Shown here piece by piece: positions 50,398 through 63,089 of a stretch of 64,000 nucleotides of DNA. The translations under genes were made by a program, and so were the position numbers. Each line of letters begins with the position of its first letter. Position 1 is the first letter of the stretch. The stretch spans positions 8,370,001-8,434,000 of the forward strand of contig CM120649.1 of NCBI GenBank assembly GCA_051362555.1. Reading direction: 5' to 3'. The notes under the pieces are model-generated. The model searched no databases. It saw only the letters and a list, made by a program, of their open reading frames with translations, and was not told the DNA's origin. The stretch comes from Lingula anatina (taxonomy: Eukaryota > Animalia > Brachiopoda).

Positions 50398-53300
50398 CAA
50401 TCTCCCTCTAAAAATACTAATTTTGTGATGGGTCTATTATAGCGAGACGATTTAGTACGAACCGTCGCGCTACGCACTAAGCTATCTCTCCCAATCTTAA
50501 CATTTTCTACTACAGCTAGAGGCCATGAACCACGGGGCATAGAAGCATCAACAATAAGGACAAGGTCCCCCCTCTTTAAATTTCGCTTGATCTCCCGCCA
50601 CTTGGGTCTAGACTGAAGCAAAGATAAATATTCCCTAGTCCATCGCTTCCAGAACTGGGAAACAAGAAATTGACAATGTCTCCACAACCGTGTATACGCA
50701 TCTGCTATTTCAAAATCACCCCAAGGAAGAGAGGGATTGTTACGGAGTAGTAACAGATGGTTAGGAGTAAGAGCGTCACAGTCATTTGAGTCAGTGCTGA
50801 CTTTTGTCATGGGTCTTCCATTTATAATGCTTTCGCACTCACATAAAATTGTTTGTAATACCCAATCAGATAATGACTTGGTAGACACATTTGACAACAG
50901 TGCTGTCAGTATTTTTCTGACAGTTCTTATCATGCGTTCCCAGATCCCTCCATGATGGGATGCATGTGGGGGGTTAAAATTCCACTCGACGCCTCTGCGT
51001 CTTGTTTCCCTAAGTATTTTACTCTTGTCGAGCTGACGTAAGCTTCGCGCTAGCTCACTTTGAGCACCAATAAAATTCGTGGCATTGTCACTATAAAGTT
51101 TGGAAGGACATCCTCTTCTCGCGACAAAACGGAAAAACCCATTGAGAAACGCGTCTGTACTCAAATTTTCCAACACCTCAATATGCAACGCCCGTGTTTT
51201 GAAGCAAGTAAAAATGCATCCATAACGCTTTACGTCAGAACGTCCTACTTTCACAACAAGGGGCCCGAAAATATCGATGCCGACAATATCAAAAGGAGGC
51301 CCCCCTGCGCTACACCTGTCCTCGGGCAAATCCGCCATTTTCTGCGACATAGGTAACGCGTAGAGCTTTTTGCAGATTACGCAGTTTTTGACGATTTTCT
51401 TCACCAAATTTCTTCCATCAACTATCCAGTACTTCCGACGGACAATACTATGGGTCCACTCAGTTCCCATATGTGCTCCACCGTGAAAGTCGCGAATGAT
51501 TGAAGAGCAAATTTTGTGAGATCTGGGCAAAATGGGGGGCTGTTTACATGCTAATGATGAATGAATAAGCCGACCGCCAACAACTAAAATCCCGTCCTTC
51601 ACAATAGGAGATAACTTGTAGATTGCACTCGATCGCGAAATAACGCCGGACTCACTCAAAGATTGAATTTCACGACCGAATACTTCGCTTTGGACTGCTC
51701 TGAAAATGGAATCTTCAGCTTCTTTCAACTCGGATGCCGTTACGTTCGTTTTTATGATGTCTTTTCCACGAAGATGTCTTTTGAATCGTAAAAGCCATGC
51801 CACAGTTTTGCAAAGCTTGTAAAAACTGGAATAATGATTCCATAACTTTTGTAAAGGTGAGACATCTCTTTCGGATACAGCTTCCTCAAGTTGTTCACTG
51901 ACAGTGCATGTGTGGATTTCAAGATCATTAGAAATGTCCCGAGAAGACTTTGGGCAGGACCATTTTGATCTGAATTCCGATAAAAACGCGGGACCCTTCA
52001 TCCAAATTTCAGACATTTCATCAACATTGCTTCCTCGCGATAAAATATCGGCTGGATTGGATTTGCCGGGAATCCGTCGCCATTGTTGCACACTGGTATT
52101 TTGTCTTATGTAAGACACCCTATTTGCCACGAACGTTTTGAAACGCTTAGTTTCATTTGCAATATAAGCCAACGCGACCTCACTATCACTCCAAAATGTA
52201 GTAGGCAACAAAGATACATCCATTTCTTCGCGGATTAACCGATCAAGGTCAACAGCGACAACACATGCAGTAAGTTCCAGTCTCGGTATAATGACTTGCT
52301 TTAAAGGCGCTAATCTGCTTTTAGCTACCAATAACGCAATACGGATTTTGCCATCACTACAGACTGATCGAAGGTATGCACAAGCTCCGTAAGCCTTTTC
52401 ACTAGCATCACAAAAAATGTGCACCTCGGAAGCATAACTCGTCTCTGAAATAACACACCTTGGAAAATGAAGAGTGTGTAAATCTTTCAAAGATTCAATC
52501 CAACGTTGCCATTCAAGACTCAAGTAACCAGGCACCGGTGTGTCCCATCCTTCGCGCAACCGCGTTACCTTTTGAAATATCATTTTACCGCGTGTGATGA
52601 CAGGAGATATCAATCCAAGAGGATCATACATCGAGGCAACTGTACTGAGAATGATACGCTTGGTAACAATCGCGCTTTCTTTGAGTCTGAAGATGTAATA
52701 GAAATAATCAGGCATGACTTCCCATTTAATCCCGAGAGCTTTTGCATGAGAATCGAACGCTAATTCTTTCACCTCTTTAGCTCTGTCATCAACAGGAATA
52801 GCTTTATTTAATTCGAAGTCATTTACTACGAATTGAGTGAGATCGAATCCGCCGCGGCTCACCGCGCGTTTTGTGCCTTCAATGACCTCACGAGCCTCTT
52901 TTCTGGTTTTCACGGATTTGAGCAAATCATCGACATAAAAAGATTTCAACACGGTGTTTCTGATCAATTCTGTGACTTCATGGTCTTTTACTGTGCGTCT
53001 TAGAGCATAACAGCTTGCGCTCCCTGACCACTTTCCACCAAACAAATGGACGCGCATGCGATAGTGAACAAGATTTTCCCCGTCGCGCCATAAGAATCTG
53101 AGCGAATTTCTATCGCATTCGGGCACCATAACTTGATAGTACATGGCCTTGATGTCCGCCATTATCGCGTATTTATGTTGACGAAATCGTAACAAAATAC
53201 CTAACAGCTTGTTTATGAAATCTGGGCCTTGTTTGGTCTGAGAATTTAGACTAACACCCTGACATTTGCACGCACAATCATAAACAACTCGCAATTTCTC

Positions 53301-55499
53301 AGGTTTTGAGGGATTCAAAACATGTCTGTGCGGAATATACCATACTGTGCCGTCGCGCAGATCAATTTCATCATCTGGGACTTTCTCAACATAACTATCG
53401 GAAATCAAATCCAATATGTTGTCGTGATATTTTTCGTATAACCCGTCTTTCTCCAGCTTACGTTCTAAACTGTGTAAGCGGTCGAGCGCCACGTTCTTGT
53501 TATACGGAAATTTCGGACACCCTGTTTTCCACGGTATCGGTAACACGTAATGACCGTTCTCCTCACTAACAGTCGATTCCCACAGGGCCAAAACTTCTCT
53601 ATCTTCTTGCGAGAAAGAAACCGCGCTCTCATTTTCGAGTCGCCATAAATTCTCAATATTTTCTTCAACCGAGAGAAAATTGACTGAAATGTCAGATGCC
53701 AACTTTTCATTCAACGGGCCGTTCAATGTCCAACCTAAACGCGAACGAGACGCGTAAAGTTTCAAATTTCCGCTTTCATCGCAACGCGTCTCTAACGGCA
53801 TGATCAAATGCGCGTTGTCCATTCCAATAATAATATCTGCGTGACCCGACTCTGTGTTACTGAAAGGTATATCTTTCAAATACGGATACGCACCAGTATT
53901 AACTCGCGAATTCGCTCGCACACGAATTTGTGGGATAACTAACACATTTGACAAACAATAGGAGACATTCAAATCATGAACAGGTGACACCTGAAATGAC
54001 ACAATGTGAGATTTTGTACTTTGTGAACAACTCAACGTGTTCATTTGATAGTTCAAGCTTTGTGAGTGTTTGAGAGAAAGTTCATTTGCAAGACGTTCAG
54101 AAATAAATGTTGAAGTAGAACCATTGTCCAAAAGAGCGGAGGCTATCACGTGTCCGTTTACTCTGACGGACACAATGGGCAGATTCACATGATTGGAATT
54201 AGAGTGAACACTAGCGTTCGTCACGGTGTCTGAAATGCCATTACTTGCGGTTTTGGAGGACGACTTCTCACTTTGACCGAAATGAATAAACTTTGAGTGC
54301 TTACGTCCACATCCTGGCACAGTACACATAGTATTTTTCCGACAATCTTTAGCAAAATGTCCAGCTGAAAAACAATTGTGACACAAGCGATTTTGCTTTA
54401 TGATATCAAAACGAGCTTGAACGCTTTTTGCTTTGAAGACCTCACAATGAAACAAATCATGCGGCTGATGACAGACAACACATGGAGGGAGATCACGCTG
54501 AACAGGGGGTTCAAAAGGGGGGTCAATGGGCCCTTGGGCGGTATAAGTAAAAGTACTAGATGACTTACGGCCAGGATGATATACAGGACTGTCCCCATAA
54601 ACCGAGTCATTGGCCTCTGTTGCTTGTTGTGACACAAAATCTACAAATTGTGAGAATGTGGGATACCTTTTCTCAACACTTTTAATTTTGAGTGCTTTAT
54701 GTCGCCATTTGTCTACTATCTTTACTCTACACCTTTTCACAATATCTAAGATTGTTTTTTGATTCTCAACCTCACTTAGCATGTCTAACTTTTCCAAAGT
54801 GACACTAGCAACTTGCAAATCATCTGCCAATTTTTGTAATTCATCTGGCGTATTTACATTTTTGCCTGATTTGAGATCATTAATAATTCGCTGGGCTACT
54901 AAGTGATCATTACCAAATCTGGCCTTCAAAATTTCCCGTGCTTTATCATAACCCGATTCCCCAATTAGAACACAATTTTTTATTGCATCTTTGGCAGCAC
55001 CAGACGTATATTGCAATAACCTGGTCAACTTGACACTTTTATCATCAATTTTGCTGTCAATAGTTTCGTCAAATACTGCACAAAAGCTATAGAAATCAGA
55101 TGGATTTCCAGAAAATGTGTCTATTTCTGCTTTTGGTAATGAAAGTAAATTGATAAGTTTTTGCTCAGATAATTGTTCAGATTCACTTTCTGGTTTTAGA
55201 CTTTTCATGTAAGTAACACCTGCTCCAATACCTCTTATGTAGCTATCTTGTACCTGAGAAAACCAAGCTTCACTGGTTTCAATGTCAGAGTCAGTTTCAA
55301 GTAGAGAATGATACGCATCATGACAGTTTTCAAAGCTTGTAAACACTTCTTTCAACTTACTAACGTTTGCGTCGACAGTCTTTGGTTCATCCGCGGCTAT
55401 AGCACGCTCTATCACCCCAATCACTCGTGTAACAGCGCCCTTCCGTGCCCTACGTGCGAGTCGCAGCTTCTCGATTTCTTGATCCTTGCTTTCACTCAT
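50394..55499 (-). CDS. BEL/Pao Gag-Pol polyprotein (1701 aa, intact)
   Basis: Three Cys/His knuckles (CVVC..H..C, CHNC..H..C, CTVPGC..H..H), protease LLDNGS, RT KLRVVYD..ADIKAMY..FYVDD, RNase H FCDASEKAYG..PRLEL..WSDS..NPAD, integrase H..H..CVIC, GIDIFGP, SDNATNF, GGIWER. Confidence 0.97.
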   Translation of the reverse strand: MSESKDQEIEKLRLARRARKGAVTRVIGVIERAIAADEPKTVDANVSKLKEVFTSFENCHDAYHSLLETDSDIETSEAWFSQVQDSYIRGIGAGVTYMKSLKPESESEQLSEQKLINLLSLPKAEIDTFSGNPSDFYSFCAVFDETIDSKIDDKSVKLTRLLQYTSGAAKDAIKNCVLIGESGYDKAREILKARFGNDHLVAQRIINDLKSGKNVNTPDELQKLADDLQVASVTLEKLDMLSEVENQKTILDIVKRCRVKIVDKWRHKALKIKSVEKRYPTFSQFVDFVSQQATEANDSVYGDSPVYHPGRKSSSTFTYTAQGPIDPPFEPPVQRDLPPCVVCHQPHDLFHCEVFKAKSVQARFDIIKQNRLCHNCFSAGHFAKDCRKNTMCTVPGCGRKHSKFIHFGQSEKSSSKTASNGISDTVTNASVHSNSNHVNLPIVSVRVNGHVIASALLDNGSTSTFISERLANELSLKHSQSLNYQMNTLSCSQSTKSHIVSFQVSPVHDLNVSYCLSNVLVIPQIRVRANSRVNTGAYPYLKDIPFSNTESGHADIIIGMDNAHLIMPLETRCDESGNLKLYASRSRLGWTLNGPLNEKLASDISVNFLSVEENIENLWRLENESAVSFSQEDREVLALWESTVSEENGHYVLPIPWKTGCPKFPYNKNVALDRLHSLERKLEKDGLYEKYHDNILDLISDSYVEKVPDDEIDLRDGTVWYIPHRHVLNPSKPEKLRVVYDCACKCQGVSLNSQTKQGPDFINKLLGILLRFRQHKYAIMADIKAMYYQVMVPECDRNSLRFLWRDGENLVHYRMRVHLFGGKWSGSASCYALRRTVKDHEVTELIRNTVLKSFYVDDLLKSVKTRKEAREVIEGTKRAVSRGGFDLTQFVVNDFELNKAIPVDDRAKEVKELAFDSHAKALGIKWEVMPDYFYYIFRLKESAIVTKRIILSTVASMYDPLGLISPVITRGKMIFQKVTRLREGWDTPVPGYLSLEWQRWIESLKDLHTLHFPRCVISETSYASEVHIFCDASEKAYGACAYLRSVCSDGKIRIALLVAKSRLAPLKQVIIPRLELTACVVAVDLDRLIREEMDVSLLPTTFWSDSEVALAYIANETKRFKTFVANRVSYIRQNTSVQQWRRIPGKSNPADILSRGSNVDEMSEIWMKGPAFLSEFRSKWSCPKSSRDISNDLEIHTCTVSEQLEEAVSERDVSPLQKLWNHYSSFYKLCKTVAWLLRFKRHLRGKDIIKTNVTASELKEAEDSIFRAVQSEVFGREIQSLSESGVISRSSAIYKLSPIVKDGILVVGGRLIHSSLACKQPPILPRSHKICSSIIRDFHGGAHMGTEWTHSIVRRKYWIVDGRNLVKKIVKNCVICKKLYALPMSQKMADLPEDRCSAGGPPFDIVGIDIFGPLVVKVGRSDVKRYGCIFTCFKTRALHIEVLENLSTDAFLNGFFRFVARRGCPSKLYSDNATNFIGAQSELARSLRQLDKSKILRETRRRGVEWNFNPPHASHHGGIWERMIRTVRKILTALLSNVSTKSLSDWVLQTILCECESIINGRPMTKVSTDSNDCDALTPNHLLLLRNNPSLPWGDFEIADAYTRLWRHCQFLVSQFWKRWTREYLSLLQSRPKWREIKRNLKRGDLVLIVDASMPRGSWPLAVVENVKIGRDSLVRSATVRTKSSRYNRPITKLVFLEGDC

Positions 55500-56735
55500 A
55501 TTGTAGTTTCTTACATGGAGATGGTGTCGTCTTAGGGGAATTCAGTTGTCCAATGTCTAGATTTCTCTTTTCACTGTTGCGGATCCCACACCAAACAAAC
55601 AAACGACGGGAAATGTTCACACTTTATTTCACGCACACTGACATGGATATGGTGAAACTAAAAATAACAAAATAATGAAAGATAAATACCAAACTAATTA
55701 TACAAAATACACAAATATAACATAAATTGAATACAAATATAAAAAGAAATAATAAATTAATCATAAGAAATGGAAATGTTGTGCAAATGATTAACAATAG
55801 AATTGAATACAATACGTACAGAGAAATGTGGCTTTCCCGTCCAAATGTTGATCCACAAATTTTGCCTACTAAAACTTCAGTCTCGACGACCTGAGCCTTC
55901 GCTCGTCAAATACAACGTGGCCGCGCCCAGAACTGCTGCATACAGTATTTATACAGAGCAAATGATTTGCATAATAATACAAAGCTGACCAGTGATACGA
56001 TTGTAAACGCAAATTGTTGTCATAAGCGACAACAACTACCATGGTCCCTTAACCTTTCTTCTCCCTATTCTTAATGGTTTTTGCAGGTGATTTAGGGAGG
56101 GGCGCACTGCCTGCAGCTTTGACAGGTGGATTATTACATAATTAAGTGAAAAATGTCAATGTGACACGGTTGTTACTCACATACCAGGGAGTCTTTTTAC
56201 CACTTCCTGGTTAGCTACAGCACGATCAAGTGGGCAGCACTGTATAGAAGTATTAGACCAGGAGGTGAACCGTACCTGTACTCAGGAAATCTTTAGAATA
56301 ACAACTGTCTGTACCAGCTATACAGGTCTAATTGATTCGCGTTTTGTTGTGTTTGAAAGGTGTTTACTATTTTCAAGTCCTAGCTCCATGACGCAACCGT
56401 TGTAGGCAACGTCTGTAAATTGTTGTTAGATAATACATGTATATTCCCTTGGCATAAAAGCTTCACCCTAATGAATGATGTAAAATGTGAAACAATTCAT
56501 AAACCAGTGCTTTTTAATTCTAGAGGATTTTTTTCCATAAAATTTAACTGATTGTACAACCAACGAGTAAATTGATCATAGCAAAAAAATCAAAGTCACA
56601 TTTTATAATTTTACACAATATCCTCTGGATTGGAGAACGCACTTGTGCACGGAGCCCAAAGGCTCTGTAGAGTTTGCAGAGTGATGGCGCTCCACATACG
56701 GTGAAAAGGCATCCAATATATCCGTCCTTACGCTT

Positions 56736-56904
56736 CAGGGGCGGATTGAGGCTGTCTTCTGGGTCTTCTGGAAGACGGTCAGAATTTCAAGTTTACATTG
56801 ACAGGTATCTAATTTTTTGCTGTCGGAAGACGGTCAAAAATGGAGGATGGATCAACAAAGATAATTTGGAAGACTGTAAGAAAATATCTCTGGATCCACC
56901 CCTG
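56736..56904 (+). mobile_element. MITE family A copy 3
   Basis: cgctt|caggggcggat...ggatccacccctg|cgctt. Confidence 0.8.
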
Positions 56905-57315
56905 CGCTTGATGGCCAAACAGTGTCCAATCAATCCTACTGAAATCAAACACCGGTATGAAAGAATGAAGAGACCAAATAACCAATGGCCAGATGACCTA
57001 ACGATGCAATTTACGATATTTTCACCCACGCACGTTATCCGTGAATGCCACCGTCCATCTCTGACCGCGTCCAACGTGCTAAATCCTCCTCCCAGACTGG
57101 GGCAAGAATATCCAACGTCTGTCGCTGTCTCAGCGGTCACGTGCACTACTTATTTGGATATAAACCCCACAGTCCTGTCAAACTTAAAATACAGTCATCT
57201 GGTCTTCTTATTAAGGTTTTATTTTAATTATTTAATCATCTTTGCATCCTGGAGGGGTTAAGCCAACTCTCCTACCAGTAAAAATATAGGTCTGCATTTT
57301 AATTTCATTGAAATA

Positions 57316-58255
57316 CAGGCCTACCCAACTACCAGACTCGGCACCTACGGATCCAGAATAAACCGGTATATCATACCACACTACCCGTTTTCAAGGTGTG
57401 TGTCAGATCGCATTACAGAGTATCATACCCCATCACAAATTTTGTAAGCCTACCTGTCATCCGGGTATCGCGCCTCGTTTTCGTCAAGTAGGAGTCGTAT
57501 GAATACAACAACATGGAAATCGGCAATCCTCGGCTCATTCCGCAAGCTCCATACTATTGTCGAGTGCGGAGACATCGGAGTAGTTCCGAGTGACAACATG
57601 GCGACAGACGACTCACTGAATCTCGCCCAGAAAATATTTAACCCCCGACAGAATATGCTTCCGCTATCAAAATTAGGTCTACTTTTCTAAATGAATATAT
57701 AAGTTTGCAAGTTCTTATTTACAAAACATCATTGGCTATGCTCGAACCTAAATTTTATGTTAAAAATTGCGGTATTGTCAGATTTTTAGCATAAACAGGG
57801 AAAATTGCAGCAGCGCATGAATCTAGATGAGATGCACTTCTTTCCAACCCCGCTTTAAAGCACTCTCCTGTCAAAAGACAATAGGTGGCGCCGTGCTTTA
57901 TTTCGTGTAAAGTCACGTCATCCACGAATGCGTTCCACGCACCAATGCACAGGGTTAATTACTCGTGCTTTAAGCCAGATAAAACACTCGGCGCTGAGCT
58001 TTACGCGAAATAGAGCAGATAATTGTCTCGGCTTCGCCTCGCCAGTTATCTGCTCTATTTCGCGTAAAGCTCAGCGCCTCGTACTTTATCTATACCTAGG
58101 ATCATCGCTATCACATCGCGCACCAGGCAAAATCGGTGTGGTGGCTGATACTCTGTAATGCGATCTGACACACACCTTGAAAACGGGTAGTGTGGTCTGA
58201 TATACCGGTTTATTCTGGATCCGTAGGTGCCGAGTCTGGTAGTTGGGTAGACCTG
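57316..58255. mobile_element. Non-autonomous DNA transposon with ~110-bp TIRs and 5-bp TSD
   Basis: aaata|caggcctacccaactaccagactcggcacc...ggtgccgagtctggtagttgggtagacctg|aaata; internal hairpin at 57990-58078. Confidence 0.85.
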
Positions 58256-58849
58256 AAATATGTGTGTGTGCAGATTTAAGTTTTACTGTCATATGATTTC
58301 CATGGGTTATGTCTTTCTTCTCCCTAGTAGTCTGTACTTAAATCACGAATTATCAGCCGCGTCGGTGTTCAATATGGAAGTCTTGGTGTTGTTTGGAAGT
58401 GCTTTGACTGGTTGTTTAGTCAAAGTTTGTTTTATTTTGCAAATTCCCTGTCGTCAGCTGAGTCATGGCCATTAACTCGAGCCCCCAGGTAAGTTTCCTA
58501 TTTCACAGAAGTCTTTCTCTGCTGCCAATGTACTTCATCACCGCAATAGATAGAAAAAAAGCTTACAATAACACCAGTCGATTTATTTATTGTACGCACA
58601 CACGCTAGTACAAAGATGAAATTTTCCTTAGTTGACACAGCACCTCGAGGCCATGCTTATTTACTATTTCGTGCAATATACCTGTTGTTTTCAGAACGGT
58701 TACTCCCTCCAACTCACTTCAAAAACAACGTGAATATAAAAAAGTATTTTTTTTCTTCTACTTATTATTACTTGTTCTTCTACATGCAATCGTTGACGAC
58801 CTCATATCTACTTTAAAAAATATTAGACTTAAGTTTTGCAATGAATGAC

Positions 58850-59090
58850 AGGGGAGACCGGGGCTAGTTGGACCCCGGGGTAAGTTGCCCCCCCCCATCA
58901 TTCTCTTTAATAAAGTTCCTTTAAGATGCTAAATTATTTCATTTGGGCTCACTGCCGACGCTTTCTTAGCACTATTGGATACGGTCACTTTACAAAATGA
59001 TGTGATCAGATCTTTTACCCCATAGTTACTTTGTCATAAATTGATGGGGGGCCAACTTACCCCAGGGTCCAACTAGCCCCGGTCTCCCCT
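58850..59090. mobile_element. MITE with AGGGGAGACCGGGG TIRs (pogo/Tc1-mariner-like)
   Basis: aggggagaccggggctagttggaccccggggtaagttg...caacttaccccagggtccaactagccccggtctcccct. Confidence 0.8.
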
Positions 59091-61019
59091 ACGCTGTGCT
59101 TTAGAATCTTTTCAGCCGAAAAATTCTATTTTCTTCCTTTCTACTTAGTCTAAACTTATTAACTCAGTATATCAACCCTCTGCTTATTCATCGCAAAAAA
59201 AATCAGTTCAATTAGCCCCAAACTCAGTTTTACTACTGCTCTCTTCGCCCTGTACTTCTTCGTGTGTCAAGGCGATATATTTAAGAATATGAGTGCATTA
59301 ATAATGTGGTGACATTTGAATTTATTTTTGCCGGAGGATGGTGTTAATTGGCTGACAAAACACAAACTACTTATCACATACAATACTGATTTTATCTATG
59401 TTAATACTCATAATAAACCCACTGTCATAAGATGAGAAATATTTTCGCGTTACTGTACTTATATTTCTAATCGCTTCCGTAAAACTAGGTTACAAATAGG
59501 TCACAAATGCCATGCGTTGTCCGTATGGTGCCCTATATATACCTGGGGCACAAAATTGGCTATTTTTCATTATTTTTATTCTACTGTCGCTAGAATTTTT
59601 GTATGAACTTAAATAATCCTGGATCCGCCCCTGTGCTTAGTGGACGAACCAGCAGGTGTTGCAACCGTCACGGCAACTCAACCTTAGCTTCATAATCAAC
59701 CCACCCCTAAACAGAAATGAACGCATACCTCAGTGAAATGACAGACGCAGAGCGTGTCCTTTCTTTTTCGGCTCCCTGTCAAATTTTCATGACAAAGTAT
59801 GCCAAGGAAAGCAGTGCTATATTGTTTTCCCTCGCCCCCCCCCCCTTACACCCCTCCCACCCCCTCCCTCCCTTAGCCACGTCCTGAGTACGCCAGTGTT
59901 CGGATCAAACGGTCGGTATTTAAATAAAACGCCTTTATTTAAGTAAAACTCTTTAACATAATTTGGTCTACATGTACAGTTATAAATTACATAGTTATTT
60001 TAAAAGACACCCCATAATATCGAAACATCTAAAGTTAAATATAAAAGTGAGTTACATGTAAATAATACACCTAATGGTTTAGTGATACACATTTTGTTTA
60101 TTTTAAAGATACTTCATGAATCAATGTATATAAGCTATCAATAAGTTAGATCTAAATGCATATATAGAGACCTAACAAATTGATTGTATATGCATTCAAG
60201 ATATTGTTCATTGTTAACATCAATTCACGCAGCTAGCTGTGCTCTTCAATGCCGCCCTAGCCGAGTGTTCTACCATTTAAGAGTTTTCTTTTCAAAGCTC
60301 CTCAGTCGTAGGCCAACGGGCAACCGACGGTCGAGCGACGCCAAGTAAACACGGAATTTTCCACCCACAGCCAAGAAATGGTACGGGAAAAAGACAGCAT
60401 ATGTATATAATGAAAGGAAAGAGTAATAGGCAAAAACAGAGTAAAAAGATTTGTAATTTACATCTTTCTAGTTAGAAGGATGAATTAAAAAAATTAAAAA
60501 CCTCCAATGAGATAAATATGCTACATTTTACCTCGACTCTGCATCTGCATGTTTCAATTGTTTAAACAATTTTTTAGTCCACGTTCACCTGTACTTGTTG
60601 GTTTTAGGCAGTGATAAGGGACAAGGGACTTAGTTTGATAAAATATTTGCGCGTCATAACCGCCTACTAGCACTCCTTTTACAATAGCCTGGAAAGATGG
60701 ACCTAAGAGCCGACATCAGCACGCAGTAGACGAAGAAACTCAGCATAGGAGAGAGTGGGAAATGACGTTAGCTCTTGCTGAATAGTACATAACTATATCA
60801 ATCTACTTGAAGCTACTCCTTGATAGCGTACCCTGCTCAGTCCTTAAGTTAATCCCAGCAGCTGAGCTGCAAAAACAATGGCATTGCGCGGGAGCTTTAT
60901 ACTATTCTATCCAAGCTTTACTATAGTAAAACAAACTAAAAAACAACATTTACGAAAGCGAAGTTATGACGAACATGAAAATCTCCCAAGATTTTATTTT
61001 TTTATCATTTTTTAAATAT

Positions 61020-61062
<43 letters not shown>

Positions 61063-61899
61063 TATGTTTATTTATTGCTTTCTATAGATTCATATTATCA
61101 CACGTTCATGTCAAATACTCAGTCCGGTAAAAGTTCAAACAAAACCTAAACAAACTTTTCATCTCAACCAGAACCAAATTGTCAGCCGATGTGAAAACAA
61201 ATTAGATGTTTTAATTACAGAGATCTAAAACATCAGTAGATTTTGGACAAATTGTCTAATATAATGACTACTAAATTCTGGAGATAGCATGATCTCTTTC
61301 GCACTAGGTGTTTTACTGCTAAAGTGATCGTATACGTGATGATCGACGTTTGTTTAAATATAACCCGTCAATCAAGCTGTTTTCACTTGACAGCACCTGT
61401 CAAAACTGAATGGATTTGATTGACACGCTGTCAATCAAAGGATGTAGGAAGCTTGAGTTTTACCTGTTCGACGGCTATAGTTATCAACTGCGTGATGATT
61501 TTGATTGACGTTTGTTTATAAAAACTGCCACTCAAAGTCGTGTGCACCTGCCAGCTCCCTTCAAAATTAAAGGAAACGGTATGAATTTGATTGATGCCTG
61601 TCAATTACGAGACGTATAGTAACCGGGGTAGAGGACGAATTATTTTCATTTATTGTGTTTGGCAAATTTAATGGAAGACGTCTCGATATATACACGGCCC
61701 GATACGTAGGTCTCGCCCAATACTTTTACGTCCTCGGGAATTCTCGCACTCGTACCTAATTAGCCCACATACCGATATATTCAGTCGACAAATCACTTCA
61801 AGTGGCGCTTGGATCCATCGTTCAAGTATTAGTCGAGTAGGTTTAATTCACTGAAGTTGTTGGGTCAATATATTCAATTTCGACAGATAGGTAAAGCAA

Positions 61900-62215
61900 T
61901 CTAATAATAATAATCAATAATAATCAAATTTATTCACAACAACAATTATAATAATATTTATTTCTTGCATTCTAATTTCATACATTTCAATGCACTTTAC
62001 AATCCAAATATAGAAATTACAGCACTAAAATAAGACTTTCTTTAAAGTTTAAGGACATTTATCATAAAAAATTTTTATAAGGTGAGTCTAAAGCTGGCAT
62101 AATTACTTTCAGATCTTATATGAAAAGGCTGTTTGTTCCACAATTTTGGTGCACTCACTTTTTGCCATTACCCTAACCTAACCTGTGTTGTTTGCCTCAG
62201 TGAAGGTATTTTAAT
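61900..62215 (-). mobile_element. L2/CR1-type LINE 3' end fragment
   Basis: Minus strand reads APKLWNKQPFHIR, followed by tgtaaagtgcattg..aataaatattattat tail like the 42.6-kb element. Confidence 0.55.
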
Positions 62216-63089
62216 AGAACATTTAGTGTTATACAGGGAAACGTGCTGTGACGGTCACTGCGGATATCACCCTACCGAAATAAAACCTTTAAGTGAATTT
62301 GAATAAAATAATGTGCCCATCAATAAATAAGCGTATTTTTACACGTGCACATGGAGATGATTGTCATAAAAGGTACTTGAAGCAGACAGGACGCATTAAC
62401 GCTGGAACGATGGATATCCTTAAAAAACATGTCCAACTATCGGTTTACACATCAACACATACAAATTGAGATTTTGTTATCTGCTAATGAGCTTTGAAAA
62501 TGAGCCCTTTTCGCTACTAGGCCTGGAAGTTATAGCTACGCTACGATGCCGTTCCATAGGAGAGGTGACCTTTGTGTTGAGTACCCTCTAGCAGGGTGGC
62601 AGATATTATAGCCACATTTTCCTCATTTCCAGAAATGTCGGAAATGTGCCTTTAATATCTGCCACCATGTTAGAGAGAACAGCCTGGGCTGCCATCAACT
62701 ACGCGGATGTAGATGCCCCTTCTCTCCGTATGTCTCTTGTCAAAGAAAATAGGTCATCTTTTGACAAAATTTTCCGTGGTATAGACCTTACATTTCCCCT
62801 TTCCACCTAGTGCATAGTTACTCAACGAGGCATGTAGGCAAGCGCAACGATTAATCGGTCATTAGTCGGTCTCAGCGTGAATGTGACGATTTTCACTGAA
62901 TAAGTGAATGTGTTTGGGGAGAGATGGTTCGGTCGCAATCGTACGTTGTGTCACGCTTGTCATTTACCAGTAAACTGATAATGGCAGACTGCAGACAGCT
63001 TATGGCCAATAGTTGAAATAATCAAACCGAAGAAACAAGCCGTTGACAGGGAAATAGGCCTACTATTACTTACATCGATTTACCCTTAT

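Larger units (their letters stand above)
49605..56034 (-). mobile_element. Complete BEL/Pao LTR retrotransposon
   Basis: 460-bp LTRs at 49605-50064 and 55575-56034 (TGTTG...CAACA), identical by eye; 5-bp TSD ACTAC; purine tract GTGGGAG on the - strand next to the 3' LTR. Confidence 0.97.

Noticed and set aside
56674-57261. 195-aa ORF
   Set aside because: Non-ATG start, spans a MITE copy, no recognisable domain.
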